Origin: Octopus vulgaris
Taxonomy: Eukaryota
Direction of reading: 5' to 3'
DNA length: 64,000 bases
NCBI GenBank assembly: GCA_951406725.2
Contig: OX597820.1
Location: forward strand, 78,492,001-78,556,000
Part shown: in pieces, positions 53,859-64,000 of the stretch
Layout of the letters: each line of letters begins with the position of its first letter
How positions within the stretch are numbered: position 1 is the stretch's first letter
Made by a program: the position numbers and the translations under genes
Notes under the pieces: generated by a model
The model's database searches: none
What the model was told of the DNA's origin: nothing
What the model saw: the letters and a program-made list of their open reading frames with translations, nothing else

Positions 53859-55496
53859 ACGGAAGTGTTTGTGTCGGTTATTTTGTATTTGCGGTTGTGA
53901 GTTGGATTTTGCTGATTATTGTTGTTGAGAACTGTTGCGTCGTGTTGAATTGCGGGAGCAGCAGGCAAGGGCCTGACTGCGAACGAATTACAGTTATAAT
54001 TGCCGAGAAGGAAAATTTGAGGAAATACTACGACAGCTTCAAGAAGGAAGGAGAATGTCTGAGGGTTATACCACCTGAAGACGAAGTGAAAGAAGCGGAG
54101 AAAAAATCATAACATACAGAACATGGAATGTAGTCTCAAAGAGAATAGAAGTAGCAGAGGTGGAAGAGATTGAGAAATGTCTACAGGAAATTAAAGGAAG
54201 AACTACCTTCTGCAATAGAGGTAGAAAATACGCTACTGTAGACGTTCGTTTTGAAAATGAAGACGAAGCGAAGAGGAACGCCACGACAGTTTTGAGATCG
54301 GAAAAATGGGTTTTACTTCCTAGTTATTGTGGAAAAAGAGCAGTGAGGATACGAATAAGCAAAATCCCACCGGAACTTGATACCGAAAGCATAGTAGCTG
54401 CAATAATCTACAACTGCAAAGAGAGCGTGGACATACTTAAGGTGGAAAAGTCGAAAGAAATAAACTGGTGGGGTTATTCGGTGCAGGCTTCGGTCCACAT
54501 AACCATGCCAGATTTGTATAACATCCCGGAGGAGTTGGTGTTCCCCGACGAGACACGACTGAGAGTCGTGGTGGAGGGGAGACCTCCAGTGTGTTATAAA
54601 TGTAAGAGCAGAGGGCACATGAAGGATGTGTGTCCTCAATAGGAAATACAAGAGAAGACGATAACACTTGAGGAAGGAATGGAGGTTTTGACAGAAGAGT
54701 TAGAAAAAGAGAATGTGGAATTGCAAGCGGAAGAGGAAGTCGTGATCGTGACAACAGATAATGTGGAAAGTGGCAACGACTTAGTGAAGGAGGAAGAAAA
54801 GGAAAGAACAGAAGAAAAAGAGGATAGAAAGCGAACACGGGTGGAATCACCACCCAAAGACCAAAAAAAGAAAATAAACTAAAAAGAAGTCTGCCGACGA
54901 GACAGAGGGTCGAACGCGCGAAGGGAGAGATACAGCAACTAAAGTGAGTGAAGATCCAACGTGGGATGAAACGGAAAAATGGTCAACAAAAGTGGAAGAA
55001 TGTCTGAAAACATGCAAGGAAGGAGAAAGACCAAAAGGAAGAAATCTCAATGCTTTAATGTTGTACAAAAAAAGATAAAGAAATTGAGAAAAAATTAGCG
55101 ATAATGAAAAATCTAACGAGAGTGAAATTGAACCCGAGGATATACGATAACCAAATAAAGGCTGCAATTGTGGATAAAGAGACGGTAAATAAATTAATGA
55201 ATTTGTTTTCAAATACAGCTGTGTGCATAGCGCACTACGTTCGACATGACAGTTTGCCCGGCTTTATAGAACAGGATGAATTACTCGTTTACATTACTGA
55301 CGAACACCCCAAATAGTACAACTGTAATTGTAAATGAAACTGCGAGCTTTGGGGGGCTCGTAAGCTATTCCATTTAATTCATTATTAATATTTCATTTCA
55401 TATCATCCTTTCTGTATTTTTATTATATGTACCCCATGTCCTGTATTGTATTGTTATGTCCCCTCTTCATTCAGGCCATTGTGCCTATAATAAAGA
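53859..55496 (+). mobile_element. Non-autonomous ORF1-only element C, nested in the HHR repeat
   Basis: Interrupts the 350-nt unit at atctcaact; gag-like ORF1, no RT; T-rich 3' UTR ending ctataataaag. Confidence 0.8.
54160..54642 (+). CDS. Gag-like ORF1 core: RRM-like region plus CCHC zinc knuckle (part of a broken ORF spanning about 54000-55316)
   Basis: YATVDVRFENEDEAKR...LLPSYCGKRAVRIRISKIPPEL...VVVEGRPPVCYKCKSRGHMKDVCP (C-x2-C-x4-H-x4-C); a Glu-rich continuation follows the stop. Confidence 0.8.
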   Translation: MEEIEKCLQEIKGRTTFCNRGRKYATVDVRFENEDEAKRNATTVLRSEKWVLLPSYCGKRAVRIRISKIPPELDTESIVAAIIYNCKESVDILKVEKSKEINWWGYSVQASVHITMPDLYNIPEELVFPDETRLRVVVEGRPPVCYKCKSRGHMKDVCPQ

Positions 55497-55519
55497 TTTT
55501 AACTAGCGGGACTCGCTAC

Positions 55520-55565
55520 CCTGGACTGATGACGGGCAAGACCCAGAAACATGCATGTCTTCAGG
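55520..55565 (+). ncRNA. Type I hammerhead ribozyme
   Basis: cctgga CTGATGA cgggcaagaccca GAAA catgcatg TC ttcagg; GUC cleavage triplet ends at 55559. Confidence 0.85.
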
Positions 55566-56061
55566 TTGTCAGTCCTAGATGATGGGGTTCTTGCCTCCCC
55601 TTCGCAAATATAAGGACACAAGAAATGTGTCAAAGCCAACAGGAAGCGTCGATGCTTCCTAGGGCTATATAGCGGTGAGTGTAATTCTATTACGGGACTG
55701 TCACGTTATGTTGACATTATACAACCATTCTATCGCCCCACCACCGCTCATGTCTCTTTGAGACATTTAGAAATCAATATTTCTAATGTATTGGGATTGT
55801 TGTGTATCATAGTATCGGTAGTATATCTGTAATACAAGGTAGTATTAGAGTAAACCAGTAGAAGCCGGATAAACTAGTGATAGACTGTATTGACAAATAG
55901 TAAATGATAAATAGTTTACAAAGTAAAATATATTATCTTCTCTCGATGAAGAGGTGACATCTAATATTTCGCATGAAGAATTATTTCGAGATTGATATAG
56001 TAATGTTATATAGTGTTTTATCATGGATGTTTGTCTGTGAAAGGGAAGAATAAATTGATTG

Positions 56062-56363
56062 TTATATTGTTCTATATTTAAGAGATGAGGAATTATGTAC
56101 ATTATTTACATTATTTACATTTGACGAATATTTGACCTCATCTTGTTTGTTGTTAACGCAACGCTTCGGCTGATATACCCTCCAGCCTTCATAAGGTGTC
56201 TTGGGGAAATTTCGAACCTGGGTTCTCATCCCTAAGGTATTTTTGTTAATTTTATTATTATTATTATTATCATTATTATTATTATTAACCACTTCGCCAT
56301 ATGCCCGTGGGCAAGAGCGCGGGCTAGTAACCCCAAAATACCGAGTTCGATTCCAGGTAGTGG

Positions 56364-56410
<47 letters not shown>

Positions 56411-56432
56411 TCGAAAAAATACCTTAGGAATG
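56062..56432. mobile_element. Family D tRNA-headed HHR element in a divergent arrangement: body plus HHR on - (56062-56290), tRNA head plus (aat)n on + (56295-56432)
   Basis: B box gttcgattcc; aaaatacctta present in both orientations; HHR-like frame at 56155-56200 (-). Confidence 0.7.
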
Positions 56433-56434
56433 TT

Positions 56435-56710
56435 TGGAATGTTTTTCAGGGATGTTTGGCCTTGTGACTGGCACGAACTGATTAGATTTTGGGATCCATC
56501 TGTTACTGGACAAGGATTCTGTATTATTTTTCCTGTATTTTTTTTTTACTTAATTTTTGAGAGCGGTCGGGTTCGTTTTTAGTATTCTTGTTTGTGAGAG
56601 CAATCAAATTTATTTCAGATATTCTCATTTTAAAAATCATCTCTGGCTAATTGTTGAGAGGACGTTGGTGTTGACTTAGCGGAGGTTTGCGCTCTCTGGG
56701 TGCACTTGTT
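56435..56710 (+). mobile_element. Helentron-associated (HINE-like) element 3' part
   Basis: tgattagattttgg and a terminal gcggaggtttgcgctctctgggtgc hairpin resemble HINE ends (recalled similarity). Confidence 0.4.
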
Positions 56711-56734
56711 GTTAGATACATTCATAGCCATAAT

Positions 56735-56940
56735 CCTTTCTACTATAATCACAAGGCTTGGAATTTGTGGGGAGAGTGATAATCAATCACATCGACCCCA
56801 GTGTTTCACTGGTACTTAATTTATTGATCCCGAAAGGGTGAAAGACAGTTAGTGGAATTTGAACTCAGAACATACACGACGGGCTAAATACCGCTAAGGA
56901 TTTTGCCCGGTGTGCTAACGATTTTGCTTGTTCGCTGCCT
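56735..56940 (-). mobile_element. SINE family B
   Basis: tcgaccccagtg...ctggtactta...cccgaaagg...gaatttgaactcagaac. Confidence 0.7.
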
Positions 56941-57849
56941 TTACATTTATAGCCAAAATGGCATTTGCAAAGGCTACAACACTGAAAAGTAGTTTCGTTA
57001 TTGAGGGATATAATTCGATAACGATGAAACTGGTAAACTTAAGCGCTGCTTACCGTTTATGTCACTGTACCATTCTGTAACAGGACATTGTCACAAAATG
57101 GAACAGTGATAATATTTGTTTATCAGCTGACCTCGTGCCATCAAAATGACGGCTAATTGTAGTATTTTATAAATATATATGTATGGTAAATCAAATTAAT
57201 ACACTTGTCAATGTTCCCATACATTCACAGACTTCCCTTGTACATGTACTCACATACACACACATACTCACAGAGTTGAAACGCTGTTTGATTTTTCTTT
57301 TCAGCGTTGAATATTCACCATCCCATCAGTTTGCCATCACACCTTCCTTCCTTATTTATCTATCACCCATTTCTTTCTCATTTATATGTCGTGACGGAGA
57401 AAAGCACAAAAGTATCATTATAGTAGATTGTACGCGCAATCGGATCTAGATCGCATTTGGTAATTAGCATTACAACAGATTCTACGGTATTAATAACTTT
57501 ATATCTGGCTAGCTACGGGAATTATTTAACCTAAATGAGCATCTACTATTCATGTATCTATTATGGTGTAAGTATTTGGTTAGATAAAGGGAAGAAAGAG
57601 GAAAGGGTGGGGAAGGAACTTAGCAGAGAGATGGGTAAAACATGTTAGGAGGTGAGAGGAATACCGTAGAAGCTATTGAGTGGGATCTGGTTAGAGGGAT
57701 GCGGAGGGATGTATAATTCTTTCTACTGTCGACACAATGTCTGAAAATTAAAGGGAGGGGATAGTCGATTACATTAACACAAGTACGTAACTGGTACTTA
57801 GGAGAGATGTATAATGTTATGTAAAGAGAGATGCAGAAGGATGAAAAAC

Positions 57850-58247
57850 CTTTTCTACTAAAGGCACAAGGCCGGAAATTTGGGAGAGGAGCTAGTCGAT
57901 TACATCGACCCCAGTGCGCAACTGGTACTTATTTAATCGACCACGAAAAAATGAAAGGCAAAGTCGAGCCCGGCGGAATTTGAACTCAGAAAGTAGCGGT
58001 TGACGAAATACCTATTTCTTTACAACTCACAAGGAGCTAAACACAGAGAGGAGACAAACAAGGACAGACAAATGGATTAAGTCGATTATATCGACCCCAG
58101 TGCGTAACTCGTACTTATTTACTCGACCCCGAAAGGATGAAAGGCAAAGTTGAGCTCGGCGAAATTTGAACTCAGAACGTAGCGGCAGACGAAATATCGC
58201 TAAGCATTTCGCCCGGTGTACTATTGATTCTGCCAGCTGGCCGCCTT
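57850..58247 (-). mobile_element. SINE family B with an internal partial duplication (dimer)
   Basis: gtcgatta.atcgaccccagtgcg...gaactcagaa occurs twice (about 57895 and 58081). Confidence 0.75.
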
Positions 58248-59047
58248 AGGAGGGACGTAATGTAAAATAAAGGCACGAAAAGGAGTTGTGTCAATCGAGG
58301 TTTGCATATGAGGGAGAGGACAAAGTAATAAGCAATGAATATAACCAACATTTGTTGACGCATTCTTTAAGAATAATATACTTGAAACAGTAAAATCAGT
58401 TTTAAATTTACGTTAACGAATCCCATTTCCAGCTCAGAACAAAATAGTCTAACTGTTGTTTATTTATAATTAAATATGTCAGACAAAACCAGCTAGACAT
58501 TAATGTAGTTATATAAATATATAATGATTATTTGTATTAAGAGGTATATGAAGTTGAAACTATGAGAAGAAAAGTTAGTGCAGCTGTCAAAATGTCTCGC
58601 TTAAGGTCAAGGAGCAGCCCTCCACGACTCTTTAAAACTATGACATACTTTAGCAAAGTCTAAAGGCATCATAAAAATTGATATAGCTGAGTTCAATTTA
58701 TTATTAAATTAAAATAAATATTTCGAAATTTTGCAATAAAAAAAAACTATGAATGTAAAACGAAGCAAGAAGAGGAAGAACGAACAGGAAAGACGGTTTT
58801 TTTAATGTTTTTAGAAAGATATCTATCATTTAATTCATAAGACTTCACACTCTTTTGTCCGCTAATATGAAAAACGAACGTTTCGACTGAACGCGATGAC
58901 AACTTAATTTCTGCCTTTCAACATTTAGGAAGATAAGTTCAAAGTTTTTGCTTTGAGCTAGCTTTGGTCGATTAAATAAGTACCAGTTGCGCACTGGGGT
59001 CGATGTAATCGACTAGCTTCTCTCCCAAATTTCAAACAATATTTATT

Positions 59048-59083
<36 letters not shown>

Positions 59084-59314
59084 GCGCACAGACACACACA
59101 CATGCACAGATTCTTCACCAGTCCACACACCGAACATTAAATGGATTTATTTGCTTCTCCACTTTTTAAGTACCATGTACATGATCTACTCCCCGTGAAA
59201 ACGATAAAATATGATTTCGTTTAGATACAAACCAACACGGAGGTAGATAGATAGATAGATAGATAGATAGTCATTTATAGACAGACAGACAGACAGACAG
59301 ACAGACCGATAGAG

Positions 59315-59389
<75 letters not shown>

Positions 59390-59438
59390 GAGATAGATAG
59401 ACAGATAGAGAGATAGATAGACATATAGATAGATAGAC

Positions 59439-59516
<78 letters not shown>

Positions 59517-59520
59517 CTAT

Positions 59521-62325
59521 GTTTCTTTATTAGCCACACAGGGCTGCACACAGATAGAACAAATTACAAGGTAGAGCTTTTCTTTTGAAGGTTTAAAAAA
59601 AAAAAAAAAAAAAGGAAGGGGGAGTTTCGATCAAAAGGGATCGTAAAAGGAGAGAAAGAGGACAAAAAAAGGGGGTTAAAAAAAAAGGGGGAGAGGAAAA
59701 AAAAATTGATCAATAGGGATCGTTATCACAGAAATGTCAATATGAAGTGTAAAGGGGAGGACAGGTGAGGTTTACCCGTGGAAAGAAAAGCCTACGGAAA
59801 AGACCACGGTAACCTCGGTCAATGAAGTCACATTTTATATTTCTTTTTTTTTTTTTTTTTTTTTGCAAATAAGCAACTCTCTGTTTTCGACATAAGCCCA
59901 CAGGTCGGAAATTGTTGGACACTGAACGAGTGCGTGCAGAACGGTTTCGTCGCTCTGACCGCATCTCGGGCAGGTCGGCCCCGTGTTTCTCGAGCCGTGT
60001 CTGTAGAGCTTTTCCCGAACGGGTAGCGCTTCTCGGTAGCACTGCCAGGCCAGGGATCTCTGGAAGTTGTCCATGGGCCCTGGCCCGAAAGTCGTCCTGA
60101 ACAGTCGTCCTCGTCGACGTCCAGGTTCGCCCCGAGCTCGTCGTCGTACCTCCCCTCCACTAAACCCCTATAGAATGCTTTGGTTGTGTTGAAGTCACTT
60201 AAGGTCGACCCAGGACGGCAGAGTTGCTTGAGAGCAACGCGACACTCGCGGTGCCATTCGCCCTTCCTCGGCCTCTTTTTGATCCACGACTGCAGTTCGG
60301 TCATGGAGACGAGCTGCGGGAAAGCGTGCCTCACAAACGGCGACCACACCTGTTCACCGTCGTCTACATAGAGCCAGAGATGTCGCAGTCTCAGCGCGTG
60401 TCTGCGCATCATCAACCACGGCATGCCCAGCCCTCCTTTTAACGGGTGTTGACAGCAAATGGATCGCCTGACCATCGGGACGCATCCTTTCCACAAGAAG
60501 CGAAAGAGGATGCGTTGTAGTTTGGTGATGGTAGGGTCGGGACAAGGTACGACGGTCAGGCGGTAGTAGATGACGGACGCGATGTACGTGTTCGCCACCT
60601 CCGCTCGACCTTTTAGGGACAGTTTCCTCTCGGCCCATTGCCGGGCGAGAGTGACCACCCTACTCGTTATCTCGTTCCAGTTCTTCTCCACTTGGAGGTC
60701 CGGACCAAACCAGACCCCGAGCAACTCAACCGGGCCGTCAGTCCAGCGTCCCACGACGGAGGCGCTGGTGGACGGCATGGGCTTGCTTCTCCAGGTGCCT
60801 AGTCGCAAGCCCACTGACTTTTCCCGGTTGATTTTCGCTCCTGTCACCGCTTCGTAGTTTTTCAGTGTCTCGCCGACCAGCTCGATGTGCTCGTGGCTAG
60901 ACACTATGACGGTGACGTCGTCCGCGTATGCAGACACGCTCGTCCCGCATCCCAATTCTCGCGGGATGCCCCTTAGAGTCGCCAGCTTCCGCAGTAGTGG
61001 CTCAAGAGTCAATACGTATAGAAGCGCCGAGAGGGGGCATCCCTGACGGACCGAACGTGCAATGTCGAAAGGTCTCGATAGATGTCCATTTACGCGAATT
61101 ACCGAACGGATGCCTCTGTACAAGGCAGCTATCCAGCCGCGGAAGACGGGACCGAAACCAGCCGCTCTCAGGACTGCCTCCAAGTATCGATGGTCTACCC
61201 TATCAAAGGCTTTCGATTGATCCAAGTTGATCAGGGCCCCACCCATGCCAGGTTCGTTAACTACCCTGTCTATGATGTAGCGCATCAGATGGAGGTTGTC
61301 ATGGATGGTCCGGCCTGGCACGGCGCATGTTTGCGCCTTGTCGACCAGTTTCTCGATGACAAGCGCCAACCTCTTGGCTAGCACCTTGGCCAAAATTTTC
61401 AAGTCTGCATTAAGCAGAGTGATGGGCCTAAAGTTATCTATTACATTTCCCTTGTTTAGATCTTTCTTCAGCAGTGTTACGGCTCCTCGGCTCACAAAAC
61501 CAGGAATGCTCCCGTTTTGCTGCCAGTTGCAGTACACCGCCGCCAAGAGATCTCCAAACAAGTCTGGCATACAATTGTAAAGCTCGTAGGGTAGACCATC
61601 CAAACCCGGTGATTTGTCCCTCGAGCATTCTGCCATCGCTTCCCGCACTTCCGCCGCCGTGATGGCACCTTCGCAGCACCCTGCCTTTCTTGTCGAGAGT
61701 CGTGGTAGGCTATGTAGGTAGGCACTGAAGTCCACCCTACGTTCTTGCCCTCCACTCGTTCCGAACAGTCGGGCAAAATGCTGCTGAAAGGCCTCACACA
61801 TTTTACTTGGCTCGAGCAATTCGCGCCCCTGTTCATCTACCAGTGACCGAATGGTGGCTTTGTTGCCCTGTTGCGCCTCTGCCACCCGGGCCTCTCTCGC
61901 GGCTCCAACACCTTCGTTCCTTAGAGCACGCATCCTAGCTCTGACAGCACATCCTTCGTGTTTGGCGTTGAAGTGTTGGTCGAGGGCCAACCTCGCCGCC
62001 AAAACGTCGGATGCGATGCCGCTTCTAATTGCCTCTTCTAGCTTCTTAACTAGCTCACCCTCTACTCTATTTCTATCTATGGCTAGTGCTTTGCTGTACC
62101 TAATCGCTTCTGCTTTTACTGCTCTCTTGAGGGCAAACCACCATTTGTTGTTGATGATGGCTCCCGTCAAAGCCCTCTTTACTAGTGTGCTAATCCGGTC
62201 TCTGAAAACTTGTCTCGATGGGAAAGACGCGTTTAGTTTCCAGTATCCGGGACCCTGCCTAAGTGTCTTACCTAAGTCTAGCGTACATGTCACAAGTTTG
62301 TGATCCGTGTAGCTGACTATGTGGA
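59521..62325 (-). mobile_element. L1/Tx1-clade LINE, 5' truncated, inserted in a (GATA)n tract
   Basis: APE C-terminus (TDH), GYWKLN, KSPGLDG, FRPITLLN, DQSKAFDRV, RQGCPLS and YADD; C-terminal CPRC...H...C in a shifted frame; 3' UTR ending aataaagaaac. Confidence 0.93.
59880..62323 (-). CDS. LINE ORF2 (partial APE, RT, zinc finger); frameshift near 60100
   Basis: ORF-track 59828..62575 minus its microsatellite-derived N-terminus, plus 59835..60074. Confidence 0.9.
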
Positions 62326-62396
62326 ACGGATAGATAGATAGACGGATGGATAGATGGATAGATAGATAGACGGATGGATAGATAGATAGACGGATG

Positions 62397-62461
<65 letters not shown>

Positions 62462-62806
62462 ATAGATGGATAGATAGATGGATAGACGGATAGATAGATA
62501 GACGAATAGCTGGATAGATAGATATGTATACATGTATGTATGCATACATTTTTGTGTGTATACACACACAAACATAAATACACATATATATATATTGTAT
62601 GTTTTTTACTCACCTATCATCCAGGTACATCACAAAATAAACATGCACTGATATTTCTGACAATTGAATGATGGAAATTACATGCGCATCACCTTGAATA
62701 GAACCATTCGGTGTTTAATATGGTAAAGATAAAGGCAACTTGTGAATTATATGCGTATACTACATTTTTCTAAAATTTCAGGCCTTGTGCCTTTAGTAGA
62801 AACGAT

Positions 62807-62865
<59 letters not shown>

Positions 62866-62866
<1 letters not shown>

Positions 62867-63785
62867 ATTTGTCTATTGTATGTCACGTCACAGTACCCTC
62901 TCGCAACTTGGGGAGAACAACACGTATGTTTTTCCAAGTATTGTTGCTAACTTAGTACTTCCTAAGAAATTTGGTGTCTGCAGCTTTTCATGCCAGAATA
63001 ATGCTTTCTCTGAGATAGTCCCACGTGCATCGATCACAATAGATACCACACACACTTTTGAAGATCTATGATTGTCGTTCACTTCCAATGCTAGGTCTTG
63101 ATAGTAGTGTCGGCATCTAATTTAATGGAAGCTGTTTGTCTGAGCTTGCCTCTTACAAAAGTTGCTTTAGCACACTTATCAAGGCCAAAGTCCATCTCAA
63201 TGTCAGTATTGAATTCTTTAACAGTTGTTAACAGCCCTACTAGCTCTTTACTCTTTTTAGCAAACAGATGGTTTATTGTTGTATTGAAAATTTGAACCCA
63301 TACCTGGTGTTATTTAGTCTGTTTGAGAGTGGGGTCAGTGCCATGCAAAAGAGTAATGGGGAGGAGGAGTCACCTTGAAAAGTGCCTCGTTTGATGCTGA
63401 TGTTGTTAGTTTGGCTCATCCTATTACTATGGTTTATAAGAGAACGTGTGATCCACTTGGTCATGCTATCTTGTAAGAATTTGGAGATGACAAGAGAGAT
63501 CTTATATATCTCAAGGGCTTTGAATATCCAATTATGTGGGACACTATCAAACGCCTTCCTGTAGTCTATCCATGCTACACTCAAGTTCTTCTTTTTGCTC
63601 CGGCAATTCTCTACAATCCGTATACTTCGAAGTAATTTATCTTTTCACCCATTAGAATTCTTTTTACAGCGTTTTTGCGCTTGTAGAAGGATAGATCTCT
63701 GTTTAAGTAAAGCGTATATTCTGTCAGTTAATATGGACGTGAGGATCTTCTAGGTGGTGTTGAGACATGTTATCGGTCGTTACTT
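62866..63785 (-). mobile_element. Dong/R4-type (RLE) LINE remnant with internal deletions
   Basis: SVAWIDYRKAFDSVPH, RGTFQGDS.SPLLFC and C-terminal VVSIVI..RG...ATILG.TYVL; its 3' end abuts (TAG)n at 62808-62865. Confidence 0.75.
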
Positions 63786-64000
63786 CTTTGGATTATTATT
63801 GAGTGAGAGAGCAGTGCATGCCATCAAAGTGACACTGGGGTAAAATATATGAAGCCCAGTAGATCCATCATGACTACCCGTCTGATAAGGGTACACTAGG
63901 CACATGCATCACAACCATATGTGCGCGACATGGTGATCTCATATCAAGATAAACCACGCAGGACCTTGCAGGTGGAGCCCACTTAGAATTTTCTTCTGGT

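Larger units (their letters stand above)
53192..55787 (+). repeat. 350-nt hammerhead-containing (retrozyme-like) repeat array: inverted copy 53192-53476, direct copy 53474-53823, second direct copy starting 53824 and resuming at 55501-55787 after an insertion
   Basis: gcgaaggcttggcagg recurs at 53474 and 53824 (period 350); three HHR copies. Confidence 0.88.

Noticed and set aside
59912-62303. Several + strand ORFs antisense to the LINE
   Set aside because: Expected shadow ORFs of a GC-rich coding region; no independent motifs.
62326-62575. N-terminus of the 915-aa ORF
   Set aside because: Read-through of the flanking (TATC)n tract; LINE homology starts near 62323.
63795-64000. Possible additional interspersed repeat at the window end
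   Set aside because: No second copy in the window and no motif I can assign.

Overview
AT-rich eukaryotic DNA dominated by repeats. The SINE families and dense (TA)n/(TATG)n/(GATA)n microsatellites resemble an Octopus genome; this is recalled similarity, not a database check. No host protein-coding gene can be supported, and most ORF-track entries are microsatellite artefacts. The window contains: a near-complete Neptune-type Penelope-like element (PLE; RT + GIY-YIG); a Naiad-type PLE; a young 5'-truncated L1/Tx1-clade LINE inside a (GATA)n tract; a Dong/R4-type LINE remnant; mariner, hAT and Helitron-like remnants; and about 30 tRNA-derived SINE copies or fragments. The most interesting structure is a layered system of RNA parasites. 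(1) A 350-nt, highly structured repeat carrying a hammerhead ribozyme (HHR; retrozyme-like) lies in an inverted plus tandem array at 53.2-55.8 kb. (2) Three related elements encode only a gag-like ORF1 (RRM-like region plus CCHC knuckle, no RT). Two sit at the same site in a SINE head and one sits inside the ribozyme array between two HHRs; their 3' tails resemble the tail of the Tx1 LINE. (3) A SINE-like family joins a tRNA head to a hammerhead. (4) Variant U3-A8 minimal hammerheads with covarying stems occur in PLE 3' ends.
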